Below, piece after piece: positions 25,173-36,800 of a DNA stretch of 64,000 nt. Below the pieces are notes generated by a model, which was not told the origin of the DNA, made no database searches, and saw only the letters and a list, made by a program, of their open reading frames with translations. A program made the translations under genes and the position numbers. The stretch is taken from the NCBI RefSeq assembly GCF_964355755.1, contig NC_092677.1, positions 17,630,101 through 17,694,100 on the forward strand, given 5' to 3'. How positions within the stretch are numbered: the first letter of the stretch is position 1; each line of letters begins with the position of its first letter. This stretch comes from Antedon mediterranea (taxonomy: Eukaryota > Animalia > Echinodermata).

Positions 25173-26985
25173 ATAGTTTCTTTCCAGGATCTATTAGAGC
25201 CTTAAATATGATGTAGACACTTTCGGCCATTTTTCGAAAATTCCCCTGTACTATAAGTACAGGAATTTTTTCCAAAAAAGAGCTAATTTTCGACCTTTTT
25301 ACTTTTCGATAAAACTGGTTATTATAGCACAATTGACACGCGCAGAACCCATTATTCGACTCTGCGCATGTTTATTATGCTATGTAAAAAGTGGTTACTA
25401 TAGCATAATTGACATGCGCAGAACCCATTATTCGTCTCTGCGCATGTTTATTATGCTATAGTAACCATTTATGTCAAAAAATAAAAGGTTCGAAACTCGG
25501 CAATAATTCGAAAATTTCCCTGCACTCATAGTACAGGGATTTTTTCCAAAAAATGGCTAATTTTCGACCTTTTTACTTTTCGATAAAACTGGTTACTATA
25601 GCACAATTGACATGCGCAGAACCCATTATTGGACTCTGCGCATGTTTATTATGCTATAGTAATCATTTATGTCAAAAGTCGTTACTATAGCACAATTGAC
25701 ATACGCAGAACCCATTATTCGACTCTGCGCATGTTTATTATTCTATAGTAACCATTTATTATAATATGTTCTGCGCATGTCAACTTTGCTATAGTAACCA
25801 GTTTTTATCGAAAAATAAAAAGGTCGAAATTTTGCCATTTTTGGAAAAAATTCATATACTATAATGGCCAAATTTCAACCTTTTTATTTTTGGACATAAA
25901 TGGTTACTATACGTCTATAAGAAGATTATAACGCAATATATGCACATATAGCAAAAATATTGCATAATAACAGTATTTTAAAAAGTACGTATTTTGGCCA
26001 TTTTTTCGACCTTGTTATTTTTTGACATAAATGGTTACTATACGTCTATAAGATGATGTATTTTAAAATGTGCGTATTTTGGCCAATTTAAAAAAAAAAT
26101 CACTGTACAGGTGTTTTTCGAAAAATGGCCAAATTTCAACCGTTTTATTTTTGGACATAAATGGTTACTATACGTCTATAAGATGATTATAACGCAATAT
26201 ATGCACCTATATAGCAATAATACTGCATAATAACAGTATTTTAAAAAGTGCGTATTTTGGCCAGGGATTATTTCAAAAAAACGTCAGTATTTCAGTTAAA
26301 TGATTTTTTTTTCTACTAATTTTTGGTGAAAGTTAATAACTATTATGATACTTCAAAATATTTTCACATTTTTTCGAAATCTTTTTAAATTTTTTTTTTG
26401 GAATTAGTCAATAGGCCTACATCTGTATTTTTTGTGTATTTTTAAATTTATTTTTGGCCTATATTTGATGACATTTAACACCAAAATCAAGCAATGATGG
26501 AAATTATATTTGCGAATATATTGCCTTATAAGCATCTTATAGGATCATAAAACTTGACCATTTCATTTGTTGATACTTATAATTGTAAATTTATATTATC
26601 GCATAAAATTGAATTTTGAAAACGTTATATTTTGCCCATTTTAAGAAATAGAATACCTGTTTATTATAGTACAGGGAATTTTTCGAAAAATTGCAAAAAA
26701 AAACGTCCTTTTTATTTTTAAAAACAAATTATGACCTTTTCGAGGAACATGCGCAGATAACAGTGATTCTGCACATGTCATTTTCTTTTTTTTTCATTTT
26801 GCAATTTTCTTGAAACTTTCATGGATTTTTTCCAAAATTTGCCAAATATCGGCTGTTTAAAAAAAAAGTTTGGAGATAACATGCGCAGACCAAATTATGT
26901 GATTCTGCGCATGTTTTATAAACAAATAAAAGAATACAATTTTGGAAATTTCTTAGTCGAAAATGGTCAAATTTTGACTAATTTT

Positions 26986-27286
26986 GAGTGAGTGAGTGAG
27001 TGAGTGGCCGAGCGGTTAAGACAGTGGAACCGTAATCACGTAGCCATAACATCGGCAGGGGTTCGAGGCTCACTCACTCCATGGTTCTGGTGGTAGAACG
27101 AGTCTTCTCGGACAAAGACTATAAACCGTAGGTCCAGTGTACACAACTTGCTCGTGTGCACTTTAAAGAACCTAGTACATCTTTCGAGACGAGTAGGGGG
27201 TTACCCCGGTGTATTAGTACATCACAGCCACTGATCACCAACTGGTTCTTTGACCCAGTATAAAGATAAAACAAACAAACAAAACA
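26986..27286 (+). mobile_element. tRNA-derived SINE with Deu/Nin-like central domain
   Basis: A box TGGCCGAGCGG, B-box-like GGTTCGAGGCT, core TCGGACAAAGACTATAAACCGTAGGTCC...TAAAGAACC...GAGTAGGGGGTTACCCCGGTG, (AAAC)n tail. Confidence 0.8.
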
Positions 27287-28254
27287 ATTTGGTAATATGG
27301 CTGGCTGTATGCACATGGCAATATAGGCAACTAATATTGGAATTACAAAGTCTATAGGATATGATTCTAAATAATAATTCACCTTTTCCCTGCCACATTA
27401 TGATGATAAGGCTAGTGATTGAAGAGAATATTATCCTTCTCACCTAGATGAGCTAAAAGAATGGTTATCAGTACCCTTTCTAGGCTGATAACTTAGAAGT
27501 CTAAATAGTAGTAGAGTGCGGCTTCTTGGCTTCGAAGAAAATACCTTGTGATAGGTCTACAATGTCTGTTTTTTTAAAATAATGCTGATACAGGTATAAA
27601 CATTTTTGAAATAATAGAATAATATTTGGGCTTAGATTTTGCGCTTGAATGTTAACATTTATTTTTGTTTTAATAAATGTTGTAAATCTTAACATTGTAA
27701 ATAAACCTACAATAATCGAATGTTGCAAAGGTTAACATGGAGCTGCAGCTTGGTGGTTAAAATGTTTGCCTTACAATTCCAATATGAATGAAACAATAAT
27801 TTAAAAAACAAAAGCTTCAAAAACTTATTATTTCTAATGTTAACATTACATTAAAATTCTAATTATTAAATGTTGCAAATGTTAATATTTGAACAATTAC
27901 ATCTAGATTTACTTTCTCTAAACAACTTAAAGAACTACTTTTATTTAAGTATATAAAAGAATAATCTATAATTTACAATGTTTTATATATTGTTAATTCA
28001 TCAAATATTATCTATTGAACTGATATGGTTTTGTTTATTACAGTATAGTACATACAGCACTTTATGTTATGTTATTTATTTATTATTCAACATTTTTGGA
28101 TTTGTTTTTGACGTTATCAAATTTTTATTTTCTTTTAAGTTCTGTTATTTATTTGTTAATTTCGTAGCTTAATGAAATTGTTTTTGTTTGATACAATAAA
28201 GAAGAATCGTATAATCTTATAATAATCAAATAATTAAATGTTGCAAATGTTAAA

Positions 28255-28487
28255 GATGTATTGTCCCCAAAAAACATAAACAAATTAAATAGTCCATTTT
28301 GCAGCTTTATTAAAGTTAATCACTTTCGTAAAAAAAAAAAACGGAGAAAAAATAATGTTTCCACTTATAAAAGGACAACATTTTATAATAATTTTTTTCT
28401 CCAATTGTTGGTAAAAGCTAATAACTATTATGTAACATTAAAATCGCATATTCAACAACAAAAATGTCCAGGGGTACAATCTACATT
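28255..28487. mobile_element. Degenerate Kolobok-like MITE
   Basis: TTAA|AGATGTATTGTCCCC...GGGGTACAATCTACAT; related ends also near 29405-29684 and 45200-45218. Confidence 0.5.
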
Positions 28488-28649
28488 TTTTTAAACAAAC
28501 GCTTTTAAATAATTAAATGTTGCAAATGTTAACATTATTAAACTAAATGTTGAATCACAAAATAAACGTATTAAACCCATTGTCTGACGGACAATTTGAC
28601 TATTTTTTGCTTAAATTACAGCTTTTTTCTCTCGATCGAATATTTAACA

Positions 28650-29372
28650 ATTTAAATGTTGTAATTGTTAAAATTTTAATGTTGTAATTGTTAACATGTA
28701 AATGTTGTAATTGTTAACATTTAAATGTTGTAATTGTTAACATTTAAATGTTGCAATTGTTAACATTTAAATGTTGTAATTGTTAACATGTAAATGTTGT
28801 AACTGTTAACATTCAAATGTTGTAATTGTTAACATTTAAATGTTTTAATTGTTAACATGTAAATGTTGTAATTGTTAACATTAAAATGTTGTAATTGTTA
28901 ACATTAAAATGTTGTAATTGTTAACATTAAAATGTTGTAATTGTTAACATGTAAATGTTGTAATTGTTAACATTAAAATGTTGTAATTGTTAACATGTTA
29001 ATGTTGTAATTGTTAACATTTAAATGTTGTAATTGTTAACATTTAATATTGTAATTCTTAACATTTAAATGTTGTAATTGTTAACATTTAAATGTTGTAA
29101 TTGTTAACATTTAATATTGTAATTCTTAACATTTAAATGTTGTAATTGTTAACATGTAAATGTTGTAATTGTTAACATTAAAATGTTGTAATTGTTAACA
29201 TGTTAATGTTGTAATTGTTAACATTTAAATGTTGTAATTGTTAACATTTAATATTGTAATTCTTAACATTTAAATGTTGTAATTGTTAACATTTAAATGT
29301 TGTAATTGTTAACATTTAATATTGTAATTCTTAACATTTAAATGTTGTAATTGTTAACATTTAAATGTTGTA
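28650..29372. repeat. Minisatellite, 23-bp unit x ~31
   Basis: Unit AAATGTTGTAATTGTTAACATTT, partly palindromic. Confidence 0.95.
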
Positions 29373-31888
29373 AATGTATTCCAAATAACAGAAGTTTTAT
29401 TTAAAGATATATTGTCAAGTATGCCATTTTAATAGCACATACTACGTAACTACATAATAGTTATTTGACCAAAAATTGGATTCTTAAAAAAAAACCCAAG
29501 TTGTCTGTCAGACAATGCTTTTTTGGGTTAAATTTAACCGTTTATTTTGTCTTTTTACAAGTGAAAGGGTGTTTTTTCCCTATGGAAGTGAACGTCAATA
29601 TATCTGCAAAAGGCCTATTCAAAGTTTGATTATAGGTATATATTAGGTATAATCTTTATTTTTCATGATTTTTGGGGCAATACATTATTGTTGTATGTTG
29701 TTATTTAGTTTGTTCTCAATTATGATATGTTTTTGCTAAATAAAATAGAATAAATAATAAAGCAATTTGAAAACTGTACTATAGATCAAAGAAACTCGAA
29801 ACAAATCTGAAAATCATTATTTTCTTATATTTTTTTTTCTAAAACATTCTAAAATCTGAGAACATTTACACAATATCGGATTATTTAACTATTTACAATT
29901 CAGAAAATGCTATCATGAAATAACAATTAAAATCTAAAGTATATTTTAAATAACATAACAATTTAAAAATTGTTATTATTTACGAAAGAAAACAACTAAA
30001 TTTATGTGGAAATTCTAATAAAATTAAAAACACATTGATTTTTATGCATTTTACACAATACACAATTTTAAACATACTGTATATGCCTACTATAATAACA
30101 CTGGTTTGCTGTTGTGCCCGATGGACTAGTGGTTTGGTTTTCTAGGCATAGGAACTGCTCGGCATATCAACAATTCATGTAAACATTACATTTTTGCAAC
30201 TACTCAAACTGCAACAGATACAGTACTGAAATAAAATGCTCATTTTCAACACAATTATCAATTAATGGTAATGATGAAGATATCTATTTGTTGTACTATT
30301 CAATGCACAAATTATTTCAAAAGCTTAAATTACTTATTGCACAATAAAAAAAATTTATAAAGAACAATTGATCTGTTTCAAAACTACTGTAGCCTATGTG
30401 AGTACTATTCACATACAGTACGTTGACGTTTGTATGACAGTCTTCGGGTAAATTTGGTTAATTTTTTTGGTCTTTTTAAATCACAGATATAGATATACTG
30501 TACAACCGTTTCTCGGTACTGCCTCTAGATTTATCCAGTATGGTAGGAATATTCTGGAATATCGTATCATAGTATCATAGACCTTAACCTTTCATGAGAA
30601 TGGACCACATGTGATACAACTGAGATGCTGTCTTCTTATTCCTATGATACTTGGCAAATATTGTAGTATGTGGAGATACAGCACTTAGAATCGAGCAAGA
30701 TATACGCGATTTAATTATGTTGTGGTTACCGTGAAAAAATCGAAATCGATTTTACGGAGCTGGCCGACTTGGAAAAATGACGTAATGCAGTCTCATATCC
30801 CCGTAAAATAAAGGCTCTCCCACGGCCAACCATACCTGGAAATTGAAAAGCGATCCAAATATGATATGTTTCATTTATTCTTTCAATATTAGTATGCTGT
30901 TTTTCGAAGTGGTTAAACACATAAGCTAAGATCGAGTAGCAGAATAAACAAACAATATAAAATTATTAATTTCTTTTCAGACTTTTTGTTGGTTATGGTA
31001 GCATACAGTTACATAATATTGTTTAGAGGTTTGCATGGCGAATAAACTCTAGTAAGTCAGAGCTTTACCCGTATAACAATGTTCTCTCGTCTCGACGATT
31101 GATCTGTAATTTTGAATTTGAACGTGTACATTTAAAATAAAAATACATTAAAAGAAAGATTACATGAAAAGTAAGAGATCTACTGCAATATGATCGATGT
31201 AAATGATTTTAGTTTAAGTTTATGATTACACAGCTTGCTAAATAATTACACAAATGGGTTAAAGAGTAAACAAAATGCAATAGAATAATTTTGACCTTGT
31301 CTCTAAGATGGGACACAACTTGTTAAAAGGTTACCAATGCTATACTGTCATCGTACGTAGACAAATTTACTTTCAAAATATCATTAGAATGATTGGTATA
31401 TGTAGGTCTATTGTAAGCACACACTAACGTATATTGAATTGGTTTTAGGGAAAGTTTGATATTCTGAATGTGCGAATTTGGCAAGAGTGTAGACTAGGTT
31501 TTACTACAAAACGTTATCAAACTTTTATTTGGTAGTAAATACTAGGCTTAAACATTCTACTTTATCACCATACAATTTATTATTTAAAATATACTTCCAA
31601 TTACCAATAAAAAAATCTAAAATGGAGCAGTTGTGCCTAAAATAACAATATATTATAACACTATTTACTACAATATATACACTTTGAATACTATATTAAT
31701 ATTAATTTATGTGTTGAATAGCATATTGTTGATACATTCATTTAATTTTACTAGTAATATAATACACTACATGTAATAACCATACTAATGCACTAATAAA
31801 ACTATCAGTGCATTAATAATAATAACGTTTATTATCATAATAATACATTAATTATACATATATATATATATATATTTCGAAACCTGAG

Positions 31889-31933
31889 CTGCACTGACGA
31901 GATCTAATAAGATCGAAACAGTACTGTCTGCAG
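31889..31933 (+). ncRNA. Type I hammerhead ribozyme motif (family A)
   Basis: CTGCA-CTGACGA-GATCT(AATA)AGATC-GAAA-CAG(TA)CTG-TC/TGCAG; flanked by (TA)n. Confidence 0.85.
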
Positions 31934-32618
31934 ATTGGATATATATATATATATACAGACTACAAGTGCACTAATCATATTGTACTACTTTATGCACTGT
32001 GCATGAAGTATGCACTTATGATCTAATTTACATATTCAAGGTGATAATATTAGGAAACCGCTGCAGCATTCACTGCCTCAATTGCATACCAATTAAATTT
32101 GATTATTATTTGCATAAATAATTAGTTTGCTTTTAATCATTTTTGAGTAGAACCTAATAATTTCAGTTGGAATGGTTATTTAATCTATAGTATAGTACTG
32201 CAGGCTAAGGTCATAATTAGCCTTTGAGTACTGCAGGCTAAGGAAATCATATAGCCCATAGGTGATCTTGCACACACCTACCTTTTGTAGGCTGGGTTAG
32301 CACGGAAACAATATAATTCTGGGCTTTGTAAGGAGGTTAGGCAAGGGCTAGCACACAAACCTATTAAAAAACAGAAGTTATGTTGTGCAGTATTGTAAAA
32401 TGTCCAATTCTGCTTTATATTCATAAATTTCACCAGTATTGAGGTAGTACATAGGAATGTGTTCTTTATATACAGTACCATTAAACCTGTCATTTGATTG
32501 TGGGTACCATGATATTCTTTATTGAACTCTTACTCAAATAATGAATACAAAAGATGAAATGTTCTATTTTCATTCCACTTAGGCTGTTAATAATTTGTAC
32601 TCATAAAAATTCATCATT

Positions 32619-33282
32619 TACCTCCGCCAAGGAGGTATATGTAATCGGTAGCGTGTGTTTGTTTGTTTGTTTGTTTGCTTGTTAGCAGGATTACTCAAAA
32701 AGTAATTACAAGATCTTTACCAAAATGAATATACAGATAGATATGTGGTCAAGGACCATTCCATTAAATTTTGGGACCATTGTCCCAATTCTGGACCACT
32801 TTTTAGTATACTTTTCAGACCTGCTAGTGTTAAAAGATAGGACAGAATTTTTCAAAAACCGGCGAGCAGTCTTAAAGTAACAAGTATACTGAAATTGCAT
32901 TTTCTCGAGAACTACTTGTCAAAAAAACTTCATTTTTGTACAAGAGGCAAAAGTTATAATTTGTGATTTGTAATTTTAAAACATAATTTGATTTAATGTG
33001 CACGTATTTTGATGCCAGTAGTTTAAAAAACCTATTTTCTTTTCAAATTCACTCGTTTGATTTTCGTGTTTCTGTTCTATTGTTAGTCAACTGAAGCTAT
33101 TGTTAATGGAAAGGCTTGTTACATAACCATTACACCAAACTCGCATACACATGCTTGTAGTGAAATTAGCCTAAATCACAAACAGCATTAAGACACACAA
33201 ATATATATATATATTTTTGTTTTACCGGAGAAATAGAATTTCACAGTAGGCGGAGGTATGCACTCTCGGAGTGGCTTTCTAG
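32619..33282 (+). mobile_element. Non-autonomous Helitron/Helentron-like element, copy 2
   Basis: TACCTCCGCC...(GTTT)n...GGCGGAGGTA, 3' hairpin, CTAG end. Confidence 0.72.
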
Positions 33283-33814
33283 TTTGTATATGTTTTTGCT
33301 AAATCATACGAGTACTGTATTAATTATTAGTGAGTTGTCAAGAAATTAATTGTTTTAGCATTGTTACTACTGTAGTTCATTGTGCCAGAGGAAAATACAA
33401 ACTCTTGACCAATGGCAGGATTGCTTTGAACCATGGTTATGAATGTATACCGTAATGTACCACGATGTACTTGCTACCATGCAATCGCTAATAGCTACCA
33501 AGAAATGCGGTCAGTCACATGGTGATAACCATGTCTTCATCATAGTACTCCATCCACCAATCACAACGCTATGCCAATTGTCAACAATACACATGAACAC
33601 ATGATGTTTATCCTCAACAGCAAATCAAAAATGTTCAGTTAGCGATGTATCACCAACAGCCAATCAAGAGTCACAAAGAGGTAAACAGCACCCACTTAAA
33701 ATGAGATCAAATGTACTGGCCAATCAAAATACTGCACAGTATAACTTAATAAAACTTTTATTCTCAAAGTCAAATTTTAGAGATTTTTTTCATTAGATTT
33801 TTTTACCACTTTAT

Positions 33815-33890
33815 TCAGATGTATGTTGATGTCGATGATGCTCTAATATTGGAATCTGATCCACTTTTATGAAAATCTCCAGGCTGATTT
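33815..33890 (-). CDS. SOWAH-like last exon (NQPGDFHKSGSDSNIRASSTSTYI*)
   Basis: ttacag|A...TGA, immediately followed by AATAAA. Confidence 0.75.
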
Positions 33891-36800
33891 CTGTAAAAGT
33901 AAAAAAAATGTTTAGATACAGCAATTACAAAAACAAAAAGCACTTTAAATATAGTTATAAATACGCAAATTAAATGTGTGTACATTCAATCGGGAGGCTT
34001 TATAAAGTTTATAGTATAGGGGCGAGTTTACAGATTGGTATAGTATTATACATCTATTGCAACATTATAGGCAATACTATGACACAGTACAGCTGTCAGA
34101 TAACCTTTAATACCTTATGACAGACATAAAGACATGAATACACAAACAAAAAGATATGCAGACAAATGATTATTAATTACTAATATAAATGTTGCAGATT
34201 GTTGAAGAACAAACAAGACACATATTATGCATTGCAGACATAAACAACAAGCATGCTAGATAACATACAGCAGACAATCAAGACAAAATTTGGACAGGCA
34301 AGCAGACCAAATAAATAGAACAAAGTTATTCCTTCATGTTTTAACAGTACAGTCAACCTTCTCATTTACACTTCTTTAGCTCTCAATGATGTCATTGCTA
34401 TAATGTTTAAAAAATTTGTTTGTTGTTTTTGTGGAAAAAAAACCTAAATTGCAAAAGCATCTTAAGTTTACTTTAAATTAGTAGTTATAGTGGAATAAAA
34501 TAAGTATTTTCTAATAAGTATTGATAGTATAGGGTTTCATCTGAACTTTCTCATTCACAAACTGCCTTCATTCAGACCAAGGGGTATATAAATGGAAAGG
34601 TAGACTGTATATTGCATATCTTGTGATGATTTGACCACAAATACGATCTTCTGTAGTCTAGTGGTTAGGGTGCCCGAAAGATGTTTTACCCGGTTTTATG
34701 ACATATTCTTAATTTGTACACTGTTATTGTTGATTCGTATTACACATAGCATAGCAGACATGATACATTATGCAACAGCCAAGCATGCAGAATTTAGGTA
34801 AAATTGCGTACCCAGCAAAACTGTTTTTCGCCATTTTTATGGTTGATGGTACTGCTGGTGGTGGCATTAACTATATCAACATATGGTTAAGGAAAAAAAC
34901 AAAACAACACAATTATAATAGTAAAACTAGATTGATTTGCATCAATCACTCGGCTATTTATTTTTCCTTGGAGTTACGGTTTTATCAGGCAATTAGGCAT
35001 TTTTAGTGAAAGTGAATAACTATTGTGAAAAAACAACTAATTATATACTGTATAAAATGGCTATAGAAAAATTACTCATAATTTAGACAAATTGCAATTA
35101 AACAAAAAGGTATAGGTGTGTGTAAATATTGAAGAAACAATCATAAACAAAATTAAAAATCAAATCAACATGTTTCATTTAAATCAAATTTAACACATTA
35201 CTTCTAATTTTCAAATTTATGGTGAAATTAAAACATGTGAAAGTATGATACTTAAATTGGTAATTATGTTTAATCAAAAAAAAGTTAACCTTAGATGTTC
35301 TTACATTTAGGTTGGTCATTCTTGGGCAACATACCATTTTTAAAATAAAATGTTATCATGTAAGAGAATGAATTAAAAAAAAACCTACTTGTCTGTCTGT
35401 TTCTATAGTGGATAAAGGTCTATGTTTTGTTTTTGGGGAGGATTCTGGCGTGAAAGTTCTATGGTGTTCAACATGCAAACTCTTAGGTCTCATCTTAGGT
35501 GAAGTATGCAAAATGCTTCCCGTTGATATTGTCCTTTTTTTTGGTATACTCTCTGTTGATCCCCATGTTCTTAACGCCCTGAAAGATGCCCTCAACGAGC
35601 CAAATTTTGATGATCGTTTCTCTTGAGCCTCAAGTTTTTCTAAATGTCCAATTTTTATGTTGGGAAGCACACCTGTGAATGGAAATGTTTACAAACCAAA
35701 TTTTATTTTACAATTTCATAAATTTTGCAATCATTGGAAGAATTTTAGGCCTACTCATTTACTGACAAAGTTGCACAAGGTAGAAAAAAAACCACTCAAT
35801 TCATATAATTATTTCTAAATATAAAAGGCTAACCCCTTCCAAATTACCAAAACCAATACCATAAACCCTGAATATTAGTTTAAAACAACAAACAAAAAAG
35901 AAAATACCGCAACCTATATCATATGAAAATTAATTATAGTACTTGTATTTTCATAAATATTCCGATTTATAAATTTTTATACAATAAACAACTAGATTTG
36001 AATTTCCATCCAATCACATTTGACATACTGTATTTATGTAAAAGAGCACATAATTATCATTGGTCATAGAAATATTACAAAATTATAACATTTCATCAAA
36101 ATGACAGCAACAAAATTAATATATAAAATATTGTATTGTATAATGTATCATAAAAAAAATAAAATATGGAATGTAAAAAGAGTTGTATTTGACAAAGTAA
36201 ATCTTAAATAATGAATTGTAGTAAAAATCCTTAATAAACTAATAAAATACTTGTTTTTACATTTTACTGACAATATGTAATCTGTTGATTTGTGAAACAT
36301 GTGCATGATGTCTGAATGACATGGTGTTTCGGCAGAAGTTTATCAATCAAATTAACAATTAAGCTATCACAAACTGAGCAAAATATTTTAAAAAATAAAG
36401 AGAGCAACAGAGCGTGTGCTATTTTTTTATTTTGGCCCATATTAAAGGTAAAGTTAACTTAAGATTTTAATATGCATTTATAACATCTCACTGTAAATAT
36501 ATTTTTCTGATAATTATTAGGCATGGTCTGCAGTATATACCTAATAATAATGCCCAAAAATTTAGGACGATATCAAGCAAACAAAATCAAATAAACAAAG
36601 CAAGTACTATACTTGTCAACATTTTAATTACTAATAATAAATTTATAGTCTAGTATGACATATATTCTTTCATCAAGATAATTCTATCAATTATTCGATA
36701 AACTTTAAATATTGTTTTTGCTTCCCACTGTGGATGTGTATAGAACAGAATCCTGATTAAGGGGACACATTCAAAACCCAACAAAGTGTCCCTTTAATAG

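Larger units (their letters stand above)
23270..26270. repeat. Complex array of two alternating palindromic cassettes
   Basis: 76-bp hairpin TGGTTACTATAGCA...ACATGCGCAGA...TCTGCGCATGT...TGCTATAGTAACCA (~11 copies) alternates with CCCTGTACTATAGTACAGG hairpins. Confidence 0.9.
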
